Numbered from the whole stretch's first letter, positions 1-11,686 are shown. The stretch is DNA of 59,192 bases, filler included, from 7 parts of 7 records of this genome joined end to end with filler, not necessarily neighbours in it, one strand, 5' to 3'. Translations and numbers: made by a program. The notes: generated by a model not told the origin, from the letters alone.

Positions 1-1
1 C

Positions 2-97
2 GAAACCGCAACCCGGATCATCAACGAAGTCAAAGGCATCAACCGGTGTACTTATGACATCACGTCGAAGCCTCCGGGAACGATCGAGTGGGAATAA
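2..97 (+). CDS. guaA: GMP synthase, C-terminal fragment
   Basis: Translates to [31 protein letters not shown], the conserved GuaA C-terminus; truncated by the window start. Confidence 0.95.
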
Positions 98-133
98 CAC
101 CTACTTGGGGCGCCCCTCGAGTATGAGAATTGT

Positions 134-168
134 AAAGTGGTGGCCCAAACGGACCGCCACTTTTTTTC
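134..168 (+). terminator. Intrinsic terminator after guaA
   Basis: Imperfect stem AAAGTGGTGG...CCGCCACTTT followed by a T-run. Confidence 0.65.
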
Positions 169-313
169 TGCCCGGTTTTTAGGGCCAAACCGCCAAACCA
201 CTATGTTCCGTTACATCATGGGTGCGCCCAATTGGCTGGCTAAAGACGAGTGTCTTTGCCTACACTGGCGCGTGTCGACCAAATTTCATTGGCTAAATCT
301 CAAGGGAAAAAAC

Positions 314-622
314 ATGACCGTTTCATTGCAAGTTCTCTATCCGACCGACAACGAGACCACATTTGACCATGACTATTATGGCTCCAAACATATGGAGATT
401 GTTGGTGAGCACATGGGCCCTCATATTAAAAGCACAACTATTGTCAAAGGGTTGGCGGGTGGTCCTGATACACCTCCTGGGTTCCATGCAATCGCAACAA
501 TTACGTTTGAAACCCAGGACGCGCTGAATGCGGCCCTTGCAGCGGGCGGTCCGGCTATGGCTGACATTCCGAACTTCTATAGCGGCCAGCCGCAGGTCCT
601 GATTGGGGAAGTCACGGGTTAA
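314..622 (+). CDS. EthD family protein
   Basis: VLYP..TFDHDYY..HM and ADIPNFY..QP motifs; ATG at 314 after AAGGG is preferred over the track start at 137. Confidence 0.85.
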   Translation: MTVSLQVLYPTDNETTFDHDYYGSKHMEIVGEHMGPHIKSTTIVKGLAGGPDTPPGFHAIATITFETQDALNAALAAGGPAMADIPNFYSGQPQVLIGEVTG

Positions 623-772
623 TCCGCGCCCATTGGGCGTTCGAAGGTGAAAGTTCATCGCCGTGTGCAGATCGTTCTGAGCGACCTGTGCGCGGCGTTT
701 TCACGTTTAAGTGTGAAATCTGGTTGACCTTGCCCGGGCAATCGGGTCCTCGTGACCGTCAGGAGAGACCGA

Positions 773-1654
773 ATGGATCAGAACAAGCCACAAGTGGCCA
801 AAGCCGCACTTTGGATGACCGGCGCGATTGCGTCGTTTTCTGCGATGGCTGTCGCCGGACGTGAAGTGGCCTATGCCCACGACACTTTTGAGATCATGAT
901 GTATCGCAGCCTTGTTGGCGTGATTGTGGTCTGTGTTGTGCTAACCCTGACCAAATCTTGGGCTCAGGTGACGCGGCGGTCAATGGGCACGCAGATTGTG
1001 CGCAATGCGCTCCATTTTGCGGGCCAGAATCTGTGGTTGTTTGCTGTTACAGCCATTCCATTGGCACAGGTCTTTGCATTGGAGTTCACATCTCCCTTGT
1101 GGGTGATTGTGTTGTCACCCCTGCTGTTAGGCGAACGCATCACATCTGTGCGCGCAGTCGCAGCCCTGATGGGGTTTGTGGGCATTCTGATCGTTGCGCG
1201 TCCCAGCCCTGACACAATGAATCTCGGAATCGCCACAGCAGCAAGTGCCGCAATCTTTTTTGCTCTGACAATCATTCTGACCAAACGATTGACCAAGACT
1301 GAAGCGATTGGCTGCATTCTATTTTGGCTGACGTTTATTCAGTTGTTTTTTGGGCTTGTCGCCGCTGGCTATGATGGCGATATTTCTTTGCCCAATCTGC
1401 ACACTGCGCCTTGGCTGGTGTTGATAGGCTGTGCGGGATTGCTGGCGCATTTCTCGCTGACCAATGCATTGGCCATTGCCCCGGCGAGTGTTGTGGTGCC
1501 GTTTGATTTCACCCGCCTGCCCGTCATCGCGATCATCGGTATGGTTTTCTATGCCGAGCCACTGGATTTGTGGGTGTTGGTTGGCGCCGTGGTCATCTTT
1601 GCCGGGAATTACATCAACATCAGGGGAGAAACCCGGAAACCGCAATTGGCCTGA
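773..1654 (+). CDS. DMT/EamA family transporter
   Basis: About 10 hydrophobic segments; FALEFTSPLW, LLGERI and PFDFTRLP motifs; AGGAG upstream of ATG 773. Confidence 0.85.
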   Translation: MDQNKPQVAKAALWMTGAIASFSAMAVAGREVAYAHDTFEIMMYRSLVGVIVVCVVLTLTKSWAQVTRRSMGTQIVRNALHFAGQNLWLFAVTAIPLAQVFALEFTSPLWVIVLSPLLLGERITSVRAVAALMGFVGILIVARPSPDTMNLGIATAASAAIFFALTIILTKRLTKTEAIGCILFWLTFIQLFFGLVAAGYDGDISLPNLHTAPWLVLIGCAGLLAHFSLTNALAIAPASVVVPFDFTRLPVIAIIGMVFYAEPLDLWVLVGAVVIFAGNYINIRGETRKPQLA

Positions 1655-1722
1655 CCATGCGCTGTGCCAATTGACCCCGACCGCGCTGCAAAGTAGCAAA
1701 GGGAAAAAATGGACGGTGGCAT

Positions 1723-2586
1723 ATGATCTACGGCTCAGCTCAGGAATGGCGTAACTCGCCGCGCAAAAAAGTGCTGTTTTTTGGCATGTCGGGACTGGGT
1801 AAGACCTATGTCAGCAATATCCTGAGGGATCAGGGAGACTGGTTCCACTATTCGATCGATTATCGCATCGGTACGCGCTATATGGGTGAGTACATCACCG
1901 ACAATGCCAAAGCCGAAGCCATGAAGGTACCGTTTCTGCGGGATCTTTTGCTATCAGATTCAATCTACATCGGGTCCAATATCTCGTTCGAAAACCTGAC
2001 CCCTGTCGCGACCTATCTGGGCAAACCCGGTGCGCAGACCCAAGGGGGTTTGGAAATCAGCGAATATCGGCGGCGTCAGGAACAATTCCGGATGGCTGAG
2101 ATCCATGCCCTGCTGGACACTGAATACTTTAGCGACCGTGCTGAACGTCTGTATGGCTACCCGAATTTCATCTGCGACACCGGTGGGTCCATCTGTGAAT
2201 GGGTCGATGCGGCCAACCCGGATGATCAATTGCTGGCCGAACTGTCCAAACACACGCTGATGATTTGGATTAAAGGCGACGAGGCGCACACCGAATCCTT
2301 AATCAAACGGTTCGACAAGGCCCCCAAGCCAATGTCCTATCAACCTGAGTTCCTGTCGCGCGTCTGGGATCAATACCTGAGCGAACAGGATTGCGCCCCG
2401 CACGAAGTCAACCCTGATGCCTTTATCCGCTGGACTTATGCGCAGGCGCTGGCCCATCGCCAACCTCGGTACGAGGCGATGGCAAAAAACTGGGGTGTCA
2501 CTGTCACCGCAGACCAGATCGGATCAGTACGTGACGCCGCTGATTTCGAACAGTTGATCGCCCAAGCTCTTGAGACCAAGGCATAA
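1723..2586 (+). CDS. P-loop NTPase/kinase-like protein of unknown function
   Basis: Walker A GMSGLGKT; FICDTGGS motif. Confidence 0.8.
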   Translation: MIYGSAQEWRNSPRKKVLFFGMSGLGKTYVSNILRDQGDWFHYSIDYRIGTRYMGEYITDNAKAEAMKVPFLRDLLLSDSIYIGSNISFENLTPVATYLGKPGAQTQGGLEISEYRRRQEQFRMAEIHALLDTEYFSDRAERLYGYPNFICDTGGSICEWVDAANPDDQLLAELSKHTLMIWIKGDEAHTESLIKRFDKAPKPMSYQPEFLSRVWDQYLSEQDCAPHEVNPDAFIRWTYAQALAHRQPRYEAMAKNWGVTVTADQIGSVRDAADFEQLIAQALETKA

Positions 2587-2632
2587 GACGCCTAGGGTCC
2601 CGTTTCCCACCCGCAACTGCAAAGCTGAATAG

Positions 2633-3550
2633 ATGCCTATTAAAATCCCATCCGACCTGCCCGCTTATGATGTCCTCACCAAAGAGGGCGTTATGGTCAT
2701 GTCCGAGGATGAAGCAGGCCGTCAGGATATCCGTCCCTTGCGTATTGGGTTGCTGAACCTGATGCCCAAGAAGATTCAGACCGAAAACCAATTTGCGCGC
2801 CTGATTGGGGCGACACCCTTGCAGATTGATCTGAGCCTGATCCGGATGTCGGAACATCAGACACGTAACACCGCCGCCGAGCACATGGCCGAGTTTTATC
2901 ATCCCTTTCAAGAGGTCAAAGACCAGAAATTCGATGGTCTTATCATCACCGGCGCTCCGATTGAACATCTTGAGTTCAACGATGTCACCTATTGGGATGA
3001 GCTGCGCGAAGTGATGGAGTGGACGCAAACCAATGTGCATTCCACCTTTGGGGTGTGTTGGGGCGGCATGGCGATGATCAATTATTTCCATGGCGTCAAA
3101 AAACACATGCTGGACGCCAAGGCGTTCGGCTGTTTCCGTCATCGCAATGTCGATCCGGCCTCGCCATTTTTGCGTGGCTTTTCAGATGATTGCGTGATCC
3201 CAGTCAGCCGTTGGACAGAAATGAAACAAAATGAGATCGACGCCGCACCGGGATTGAAAACCCTGCTCAGCAGTGATGATGCGGGCCCTTGTCTGGTCGA
3301 AGATCCGGCGCATCGGGCGCTCTATATCTTTAACCATTTTGAGTATGACAGCGACACATTGAAACAAGAATACGATCGGGACGTGGCCAAAGGCACGCCG
3401 ATCAATGTGCCGATGAATTACTACCCCAACGATGATCCGTCTCAGGTGCCGCAGAACCGGTGGCGCAGCCATGCGCATCTTCTGTACGGCAACTGGATTA
3501 ACCAGATCTATCAGTCCACGCCGTTCGATATGTCAAAAATTGGTCGGTAA
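2633..3550 (+). CDS. metA: Homoserine O-acetyl/succinyltransferase
   Basis: MPIKIP start, [26 protein letters not shown] nucleophile, HFEYD, WRSHA. Confidence 0.96.
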   Translation: MPIKIPSDLPAYDVLTKEGVMVMSEDEAGRQDIRPLRIGLLNLMPKKIQTENQFARLIGATPLQIDLSLIRMSEHQTRNTAAEHMAEFYHPFQEVKDQKFDGLIITGAPIEHLEFNDVTYWDELREVMEWTQTNVHSTFGVCWGGMAMINYFHGVKKHMLDAKAFGCFRHRNVDPASPFLRGFSDDCVIPVSRWTEMKQNEIDAAPGLKTLLSSDDAGPCLVEDPAHRALYIFNHFEYDSDTLKQEYDRDVAKGTPINVPMNYYPNDDPSQVPQNRWRSHAHLLYGNWINQIYQSTPFDMSKIGR

Positions 3551-4490
3551 GGCGCTGATAACACTCGCCGCTTTGGGGGGACTAACCGCCTTGGTTACCC
3601 TATGGTGCGCTGCGGCGCATGAACGCGAGGTCGAGGCCGCTTATCCCCCATTGGGGCAGTTTGTGAAGGTGGATGGCCTGCGGGTGCATGCGGTTGTGCG
3701 TGGCAGCGGCCCGGATCTGGTAATGATACACGGATCAAACGGCAACACTCATGACATGAGCTTTGCCCTCGCACCCGCGTTAGAGCAGCGTTTTCGGGTT
3801 ATTCTGTTTGATCGACCGGGGTTGGGATATAGCGATGCGATTCCGGGCGGCGGATCAATCACGCAACAGGCGTATATTTTACAGCGCGCTGCACAACTAC
3901 TGGGCGCGGACGCTCCGATTGTTCTGGGGCAGAGTTACGGTGGGTCTGTGGCTTTGGCTTGGGCGGTGGAAAGACCTGAAACCCTGTCTGGTTTGGTTCT
4001 GGTCTCGGCCCCCGGTATCCCGTGGGAGACGCCGTTAGACCCTGTGTATCAGGTTACATCACATCCAGTTGGCGCCGCTTTGGCGGTGCCTTTGATCACC
4101 GCATTTGTACCGGATCGCACCGTGGTACAGGCCTTTGAAGAGGTTTTTGCCCCACAATCTGTACCAGATACCTTTGCACAGCACTTTGGGGTTGGTCTCG
4201 CTTTGCGGCGGGGGTCTATGCGGGCCAATGCGAAACAACGCGCGACCCTGCTTGCGGAAATCAGGGCGCTTGCCCCGCGGTATAACGACATTTCAGTGGC
4301 CACGGCCATTGTGCACGGCACGGCTGATACCACGGTTAATTATGATTTGCATGCTGTCAATCTAGTGCAACGCATTCCAGACGCCCGGCTTTACGCGTTA
4401 GAGGGCGTTGGCCATATGCCCCATCACGTTGCCACCGCAGATGTCGTTGCGGCAATCGAGGCTGTGGTGCAACGCGCAGATTTGCGTTAA
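3540..4490 (+). CDS. Alpha/beta hydrolase with N-terminal membrane anchor
   Basis: [17 protein letters not shown] nucleophile elbow, HGTAD, GHMPHH; start uncertain (TTG 3540). Confidence 0.85.
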   Translation: MVGKALITLAALGGLTALVTLWCAAAHEREVEAAYPPLGQFVKVDGLRVHAVVRGSGPDLVMIHGSNGNTHDMSFALAPALEQRFRVILFDRPGLGYSDAIPGGGSITQQAYILQRAAQLLGADAPIVLGQSYGGSVALAWAVERPETLSGLVLVSAPGIPWETPLDPVYQVTSHPVGAALAVPLITAFVPDRTVVQAFEEVFAPQSVPDTFAQHFGVGLALRRGSMRANAKQRATLLAEIRALAPRYNDISVATAIVHGTADTTVNYDLHAVNLVQRIPDARLYALEGVGHMPHHVATADVVAAIEAVVQRADLR

Positions 4491-4539
4491 TCGGATTCAC
4501 ATCCCATATTAAGATACGGAATTCATTGGGAGTCACCGG

Positions 4540-5409
4540 ATGACAGAACACCACCAAGGCGAAATCGAAGCGTATTTTCGCGACAAGGCTCCGGAAGAGA
4601 TCCGCAAACAGATCAAATCTGCCGACAAGAATGACGTGCTGAGCCCCAGCTACCCGTATTCCGACCGGATTGGGCGCAAAGACTATGAGGGTGAAATTGA
4701 AGATCTGCAGATAGAGCTGGTCAAGTTCCAAGCTTGGGTCAAGAAGACCGGGCAGCGAGTTGCCATTCTGTTTGAAGGGCGTGATGCAGCCGGAAAAGGT
4801 GGTACAATCAAAAGGTTCCGGGAGAATCTTAATCCACGCGGTGCACGTGTTGTTGCGCTCTCCAAGCCCTCGACCACGGAACAGAGCCAATGGTATTTTC
4901 AACGCTATATCGAACATCTTCCGGCGGCGGGTGAAATCGTGTTTTTCGATCGCAGTTGGTACAATCGGGGTGTGGTCGAAAACGTATTTGGGTTCTGCAC
5001 GGACGAAGAACGCGAGCGGTTTTTCCGTCAGGTACGCCCGATTGAACAAGGGTTGGTTGATGACGGTATTCACCTGTTTAAGGTGTGGTTGAACGTCGGC
5101 CGGGCGGAACAGTTGCGTCGTTTTCTGCAACGTGAAACTGACCCCCTCAAACAATGGAAACTGAGCCCCATAGATATCAAGGGGTTGGACAAATGGGATG
5201 CCTACACGCAATCCATCAGTGAAACGTTGACCCGCAGTCATTCTGAAATCTGCCCGTGGACCATCATCCGATCTGATGACAAGAAACGCGCCCGTTTGGC
5301 CGCCATTCGGACTGTCCTCTCACAGATGGAGTACGACGGAAAAGACGAGAAAGCCCTGCGTGAGATCGACCCTGCTATCTGCGGAGGCCCGGAGATCTGG
5401 GATGCCTAA
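4540..5409 (+). CDS. ppk2: Polyphosphate kinase 2
   Basis: [38 protein letters not shown]. Confidence 0.95.
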   Translation: MTEHHQGEIEAYFRDKAPEEIRKQIKSADKNDVLSPSYPYSDRIGRKDYEGEIEDLQIELVKFQAWVKKTGQRVAILFEGRDAAGKGGTIKRFRENLNPRGARVVALSKPSTTEQSQWYFQRYIEHLPAAGEIVFFDRSWYNRGVVENVFGFCTDEERERFFRQVRPIEQGLVDDGIHLFKVWLNVGRAEQLRRFLQRETDPLKQWKLSPIDIKGLDKWDAYTQSISETLTRSHSEICPWTIIRSDDKKRARLAAIRTVLSQMEYDGKDEKALREIDPAICGGPEIWDA

Positions 5410-6016
5410 ACGCGGATATCACCACGGCAATCTACGCCAGGCTTTGATTGAATCGGCACTGGTTTTGATCGAGCAGAAAGGCCCGACTGGGTTCACCCTG
5501 TCCGAAGCGGCAAAAGCGGCGGGTGTTACCCCTGCAGCTGTTTATCGTCACTTTAAGGGGCGCGAGGACTTGATCGCCGAGGCTGCGCGGCAGGGGTTCG
5601 ACATCTTTGCTGATCTGATGCAATACGCTTATGATAAGGGGCAACCCTCATCACTCGCTGCGTTTGAGGCGACGGGACGGGCCTATTTGGCCTTTGCACG
5701 GCGCTATCCCGGTCACTATATTTCGATGTTCGAAAGCGGTATTTCCGTCAATCGGACCCCTGAACTCGCATCTGCGGCCCAACGGGCTAAGGGGGTGTTG
5801 GAAAAGGCGGCGGCGGAATTGTCCGAGCGTATTCCCGTCGAAAAACGTCCACCTGCGTCGATGTTCAGCGCCCACATCTGGGCCATGAGCCACGGCGTTG
5901 TTGAACTCTATGCGCGAAACACTGGAACGGCGTCGCCTTTCCCGCCCGAAGATCTGTTGGAGACTGGAATTGGCATTTACTTGCGTGGTTTGGGGTTGAT
6001 TGAATCTGATCAGTAG
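5402..6016 (+). CDS. TetR family regulator (WHG-type C-terminus)
   Basis: [11 protein letters not shown] and [24 protein letters not shown] overlaps the ppk2 end. Confidence 0.9.
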   Translation: MPKRGYHHGNLRQALIESALVLIEQKGPTGFTLSEAAKAAGVTPAAVYRHFKGREDLIAEAARQGFDIFADLMQYAYDKGQPSSLAAFEATGRAYLAFARRYPGHYISMFESGISVNRTPELASAAQRAKGVLEKAAAELSERIPVEKRPPASMFSAHIWAMSHGVVELYARNTGTASPFPPEDLLETGIGIYLRGLGLIESDQ

Positions 6017-6073
6017 CCGCGAGAGTCATGAATACCTATCTTAACTTCGGGTGCTCTTGGGGAGTTTTTTGTC

Positions 6074-6817
6074 TTGTCTTTTTCGTTGATGACCTACACG
6101 GCTGTACGCAAAAACCGTCTTGAAAAGCTCAAAGAACGGGAACGTGGCTATTTCGACCTTCAATTCATCAAAGCGACAACATCCCAGCATCAAAGCACCT
6201 GTTTGGAGCTATTGGACCACTCTCCTGCGCAATTGCGACAGGACCTGTTCGCTTTGTCTCAGGTCGATTTCAAACGCGATGGTTTTTTTGTTGAATTTGG
6301 CGCGACGAACGGGCGAACGCTAAGCAACAGCTGGTTGCTCGAATCGCAATTCGGGTGGCGTGGCATTCTCGCAGAACCTGCGCGGACTTGGCATGGCGCG
6401 CTAAAGGCCAATCGAACGTGCGCCATTGATACCCGCTGTGTTTGGAAGGCCAGCGGCGAGGTATTGAAGTTCACTGAAACGCCACGGTTGGAAAATTCAT
6501 CGATATCGAGTTTGACAAAACCGTCCCGAAAACTGCGTGGCACTACATATGACGTGACAACCGTGACGTTGAATGAGCTGTTGGAAACCCACAATGCCCC
6601 TGCTGTCATTGATTATGTGTCGGTTGATACAGAAGGCAGTGAATTTGAAATTCTGTCGGCGTTGGATTTCGATCGATGGTCGGCCCGAGCCATTTCGGTC
6701 GAGCATAATTACGCGCCACAACGAGAGGACATCAAAACACTGTTGCTATCAAAAGGGTACACGCAGGTTATGAAAGCGGTCTCGCGTTTTGATGATTGGT
6801 ACATCAAACCCCAGTAG
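6074..6817 (+). CDS. FkbM family methyltransferase
   Basis: FFVEFGATNG..SN, GWRGILAEP, IDYVSVDTEGSE, VEHN. Confidence 0.85.
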   Translation: MSFSLMTYTAVRKNRLEKLKERERGYFDLQFIKATTSQHQSTCLELLDHSPAQLRQDLFALSQVDFKRDGFFVEFGATNGRTLSNSWLLESQFGWRGILAEPARTWHGALKANRTCAIDTRCVWKASGEVLKFTETPRLENSSISSLTKPSRKLRGTTYDVTTVTLNELLETHNAPAVIDYVSVDTEGSEFEILSALDFDRWSARAISVEHNYAPQREDIKTLLLSKGYTQVMKAVSRFDDWYIKPQ

Positions 6818-6873
6818 AGACAGAGTGGAATGCGCTTTGCCCCGCTTCTGAGGGGAAGCGACCCAGACAAAAG

Positions 6874-6900
6874 AAAAGGCCGCGCACTGCGCGGCCTTTT
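6874..6900. terminator. Bidirectional intrinsic terminator
   Basis: AAAAGGCCGCGC-ACT-GCGCGGCCTTTT between convergent genes. Confidence 0.85.
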
Positions 6901-6921
6901 CCATAACTTTCGGTCCAAAGC

Positions 6922-6951
6922 TTAACGCTTGGAGAACTGGAAGCTCTTACG
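6922..6951 (-). CDS. rpsI: 30S ribosomal protein S9, last 9 codons
   Basis: Reverse strand reads RKSFQFSKR*, the S9 C-terminal tail. Confidence 0.85.
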   Translation of the reverse strand, partial: RKSFQFSKR

Positions 6952-7051
6952 NNNNNNNNNNNNNNNNNNNNNNNNNNNNNNNNNNNNNNNNNNNNTTAAT
7001 TAATTAANNNNNNNNNNNNNNNNNNNNNNNNNNNNNNNNNNNNNNNNNNNN
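6952..7051. other. Artificial contig spacer
   Basis: N-run + TTAATTAATTAA (stops in all six frames) + N-run, 100 nt. Confidence 0.98.
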
Positions 7052-7642
7052 GGCCGTGATTTGTTCTTTGGCGAAAGCGGCGATGATGCTCTGTTTGGCG
7101 GCGGTAGCAATGATACGCTGCATGGGGGCAATGGCAACGACACCATCTATGGTGGCCTTCACGATGACCAGCTGTTCGGCGGTAATCAGTTCGACCGACT
7201 GGTGGGGCAGACAGGCAATGACACGCTGTTTGGTGGTAATGGTCGCGACACCCTGTTGGGTGGCGAGGGCAATGACCTGTTGGTGGACAACAATCAAGGT
7301 GGGGACCTAGGACGTGATGTCCTGAATGGCCAAGCCGGTGATGATCTGATCCGAGTTGGCGGCGGCAATGACACCATTACCGGCGGCAATGGCGCAGATA
7401 CCTTTGAATTCATCGGCAGCATGATTGGCTCGGATGTGGTGACGGACTTTGCCTTGGGTACCGATACCCTGAGACTGGACGATGCGCTATGGACAGGGGC
7501 GTTGACGGCGCAACAGGTGATCGACCAGTTTGGTGCTGTGGTGGGGGGCAACTTAGTCTTCGACTTTGGGGGCGGACAATCCATTACACTAACCGGTGTT
7601 GGCACAACATCAGGTCTTGTAGACGACACCTTTATTTTCTGA
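7052..7642 (+). CDS. RTX/hemolysin-type Ca-binding repeat protein, C-terminal part
   Basis: Tandem GGxGxDxL nonapeptides; GADTFEF...DF..GTD T1SS-type tail; 5' end truncated. Confidence 0.9.
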   Translation, partial: GRDLFFGESGDDALFGGGSNDTLHGGNGNDTIYGGLHDDQLFGGNQFDRLVGQTGNDTLFGGNGRDTLLGGEGNDLLVDNNQGGDLGRDVLNGQAGDDLIRVGGGNDTITGGNGADTFEFIGSMIGSDVVTDFALGTDTLRLDDALWTGALTAQQVIDQFGAVVGGNLVFDFGGGQSITLTGVGTTSGLVDDTFIF

Positions 7643-7655
7643 GAGGCCTAACCTG

Positions 7656-7684
7656 AGCGTCTGTTCAATCATTGGACAGACGCT
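7656..7684. repeat. Palindrome/hairpin after the RTX gene
   Basis: AGCGTCTGTTCAAT-C-ATTGGACAGACGCT, 14-bp arms with one G:T pair. Confidence 0.7.
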
Positions 7685-7756
7685 GCATTACAGGCAGACG
7701 CCAGATAAATCTGTCGTCACAGCACGGCATTAAACAATATGCTGGAGTCAGTGGGC

Positions 7757-8041
7757 ATGGAAGACAAGAATGACGGGATTTCCGCACCTCTTGCCTTAAT
7801 CGTTGTCCTTTGGCCGGCAGGCCTTTGGCTCATCGGTTTCTTCATCGCTCAACTGGCCCGGCTTAATGGCTGTAAGATATGGGCAAGAGGCCCCGAAGAA
7901 TGCCTCGTCTTCGGAGCGGATGTTGGCGAATACATCTATCCGCTTTGGTCGCTCGGGTTTTACTTTCTGGGTGTTTTCCTGTGGATCCCAATCGGGCTTA
8001 TTCTTCTTGGGATCATACGGATCATCCGCCGCGCAGCCTGA
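7757..8041 (+). CDS. Small hypothetical membrane protein
   Basis: Two hydrophobic segments flanking the loop GCKIWARGPEEC; start at 7739 or 7757. Confidence 0.6.
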   Translation: MEDKNDGISAPLALIVVLWPAGLWLIGFFIAQLARLNGCKIWARGPEECLVFGADVGEYIYPLWSLGFYFLGVFLWIPIGLILLGIIRIIRRAA

Positions 8042-8194
8042 ACCTGGCCGATCAGGGTACTTGTTACCCAACCCCAAAGCCCCTCATCGCAAGGCCCGTT
8101 GCAAAGCGTCGGAAGAACCAAGACCCTTTACGGACACGACTAAAATCAAAGACAGAGACATGCATCTTGGTCCGCTGACTACTGGCTGGATCCC

Positions 8195-11100
8195 TTACAG
8201 GAACAGCACATCAGAACTGTCAAATTGCACATCTGTAACCCCATCCAGCAAGACTTGCCCGCCATCCCATCTCAGCACCACACCCTCTGCTATGACCCGG
8301 TATGTCAGGTCTGAAAACCGTTGTTCGGTGACATCCAACAGCAGCCGATCAGTGCCAGGCGTGAAGTCCATGATGGTGTTGTTTTCATCCCCGTTTCGAA
8401 AGACAAAACTGTCAGCCCCTGCCCCTCCATAAAGTAGGTCATTGCCGGCCTCTGCTTCCAATCGGTCATCGCCCGCCTCTCCATACAGCGTGTCGCGATT
8501 GCTGCCCCCCAGCAGAGTGTCATTGCCATTCCCCCTTCCAGGCGGTCAAAACCGTTCTCTCCATTGAGCAAATCATTACCTTCACCGCCTTGCAGAGTGT
8601 CCCGTTCAACGCCCCCCATCAGAGTGTCGTTGCCCGCGCCGCCAATCACCAGATCATGCCCGATCTGCCCAGCAACCGAGTCGTTGCCATCCCCACCGCG
8701 TAGGGTGTCGCCATTGGATCCCCCCAAGAGGGTATCATCGCCGGCGCCCCCCAAGAGGCTGTCGAAACCATTTCGTCCCTCGAGCCAGTCGTCCCCCGCC
8801 TCTCCATACAGCGTATCCCGCTGGCCGCCTCCGAACAGGGTGTCATTGCCATCGCCACCCCACAGCAGATCGTGACCGTTGCGGCCCTTTAACTGATCAC
8901 CATCCTCGCCCCCGATCAGGGTATCATTCCCGTTGCCGCCAGTCAGAGTATCGCGACCTGCCCCCCCCTCAAGCCGCCCAACACCGTCTCCAGCGTCAAG
9001 CACATCATCGCCCATCTCGCCCCGCAGCGTATCCAGCCCGCCACCGCCCAGCAGGGTGTCACCGCCATCACCGCCCAACAAAATATCATTGCCGGTCCCC
9101 CCATCCAGAACATCCGCACCGTCTTCGCCCATCAGGCTATCATTTCCGCGACCGCCGTTCAGAATATCATCGTGTGTTCCGCCTTGCAGGGTATCCTGAT
9201 CGTCACCCCCGCTTAGGGTATCATTGCCAGTTCCCCCAACCAGGCTGTCATTGCCGCTGTCTCCAGTCAGAGTATCGTTCCCACTGTCTCCAGACAGGTG
9301 ATCGTTCCCTTCGCCACCGCTCAGATTATCGGCGTGCTCGCCGCCCTGCAGCGTGTCTTGCCCCGCGTCACCATGCAGAGTGTCACTGCCGTTTCCCCCG
9401 GCCAAGCTGTCATTGCCAGCGTCGCCGGTTAAGCGATCGTTACCATGGTCGCCAAACAGGTGATCATGACCCGCGCCGCCGCTCAGGCTGTCATTGTTCT
9501 CACCGCCTCGCAGCGTATCCTGATCATCCCCCCCGCGCAGAGTGTCATTGCCTGTTCCTCCCACCAAACTGTCATTGTCGCTATCTCCGGCTAAGACATC
9601 GTGGCCACTGCCGCCGACCAGACTGTCACTCCCCGCATCTCCACTTAGGCTGTCGCGCCCTTCACCGCCTTCAAGCAAATCGGCGCCAGTCCCCGCTTCA
9701 AGCGTGTCATCCCCGCTGCCACCGCGTAGGGTGTCTGCATCATCCCCCCCCTGTAGGAGGTCATTCCCAAGATCCCCTGACAAAACATCGCGTCCATGCG
9801 CGCCCTCAAGCACATCGTTTCCGTCGCCGCCCAGCAAGTTGTCCTGACCGTCTCCTCCTTGCAGAGTATCAGCGCCCAAGCCGCCCTCGATCTGGTCATC
9901 GCCCCCCATCCCCTGCAGCAGGTCATCCCCACCCAAGCCGCGTAGAATATCATTCTCGCCCCCGCCGGACAGATCATCGTCCCCTGCGTCCCCTCGGTAT
10001 TCTTCGGGTAGGGCTATATGTACCCGCCCGGTCTCCCAGCTGAGACCGGCCAGCACCTCTCCTTGCGACAGTGATCCACCTCCGGCCCGGCGCAGATCGA
10101 ACTCTTCGCCGCGGATCAACAGCCGGGCGCCCCAACTTGTGGTTTCAATCGAGATCTGACTGGCGGAATAGAGCATCGGTACCCGTGACAGATCAATGCG
10201 GTCCTCGCCCGGACGGAAATCCGTAATCACGTCACGCACCCCATCCATCTCGAACAAGAAGACGTCTGCTCCGGCTCCTCCGGTCAGCTGGTCCTGTCCC
10301 TGCCCATCAAGCAAGACGTCATCGCCCGCGCCACCCAGAATGGTATTGTTCCCATCGCCCCCCATCAGCATGTCGTTCAGGGCGGTGCCCTGCAGGTGTC
10401 CGGTCTCTGCTTCGCGGATCACACCCTGATCACTGAGCGATACGGTGAACTGTGACAAACCCGGCTGGTCCTGCGAGGCCAAAATCACCTCGATCCCCTG
10501 CCCATACTGCGTGGCAGTCATAGCGCTGATTGCGCCCATGCCCAGCCCAACCGCGTGCTCCAAAGTATCAAGGTGCAGCAACCGCCCATCAGGCATCAGG
10601 GTGAACAGGCTCATGCCATCATCCCCACCAGCGGCCAGCACATAGGTCCAGCCCTCATGTTCAACCACCGACATCGCCTGCACCTGACCGAAACGGGTTG
10701 CCAGTGTATCAAGAACATGGTCGCTCAGTCGCAGATCGCCGGTTTCCGTCAACTCCATGACCGTCAGCGCGCCGCCCACCCCCTGATCCGCAGCTGTCGC
10801 CACGATCACAAAGCTGCGCCCCGCAACCGTTGCGACCTCTAGCGCCACGGGATTGGTGAGCAATCCAACACCAACCTGCACCCCCAGCGCATCACGAACC
10901 TGTAGATGGCCGGTTGAAGCATCAACCTCAAAAGCCGTTACACCATCTTCATCCCCACATAAGGCCAACAGAAATTCAGTATCTCCCACTCTGGCTGTGA
11001 CCATGAATTGAGGAGCTGATAAGTATGTTATTTCAGTATCATACGTGATTTCACCCGATCGGAGCTGCCCGTCTGAATTTGGCCGAAAACATCCAATAGT

Positions 11101-11526
11101 CCCCTCAGAAGACGCCACATAGACAAACCCAGAATCGCTGCTGGCAAAGCTGTTGGTGCCGGTGCCGTTCAACCCCGGAACAGCCATGGATCGCGCCGCG
11201 CCCAGCTCTCCATTTGTGTCGACCTCATATCCAAGAAACCCCTGTTCAGAGGTGCTTCCGGTGATGGCGAGGGTCTGATTATTTTGATGAAACAGCGAGA
11301 TCGTACCATTCAGTGCGGCAGCCATGCCACTCTGATAATAAGCACTGTCAATGACGCCCGCCATTCCCGCCCCGTTCAGAGACAAGCTGACAACGCCGCC
11401 ATTGGCGCCCCCTGCGGCCAGAAAAACGGGACCGTTCTCTCCCTCGGATACGGAAAGCGATCTTATGTCATTCAATAAGAGCCCGTAATTTGCGCCCACC
11501 ACAGCGCGATGCGATAAACTTGGCAT
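8195..11526 (-). pseudogene. Large RTX Ca-binding protein with N-terminal propeller-like region, frameshifted near 8531-8535
   Basis: Dozens of GGxGxDxL repeats; the frame breaks at EGG(M) in a G5 run and the repeats plus T1SS-type tail continue in the 8195..8461 frame; ATG 11526 follows GAGGTGG. Confidence 0.85.
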
Positions 11527-11686
11527 CCCCCACCTCACAATCACTGGCACCCCTGCCAGCTGAAGTCATGAATGACGTGGGAATGAGACGGGGAGTCGCC
11601 CGACAATTCGGCAAAATTGGGACCAATGCCGCAGATTTTAAGTGGGTTTTAACAGTGCTTTACAAAACCTTGCGCTATGGGGTTTG

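Noticed and set aside
98-313. Integrative element at the guaA 3' end
   Set aside because: guaA is a known hotspot, but no integrase or duplicated guaA end follows; only a terminator and ordinary genes
1655-1722. SAM-II-like riboswitch upstream of the P-loop/metA genes
   Set aside because: Only superficial similarity (GTAGC..AAAGGG); the conserved pairing elements are missing, and TTGACC-N17-TAGCAA fits a promoter as well
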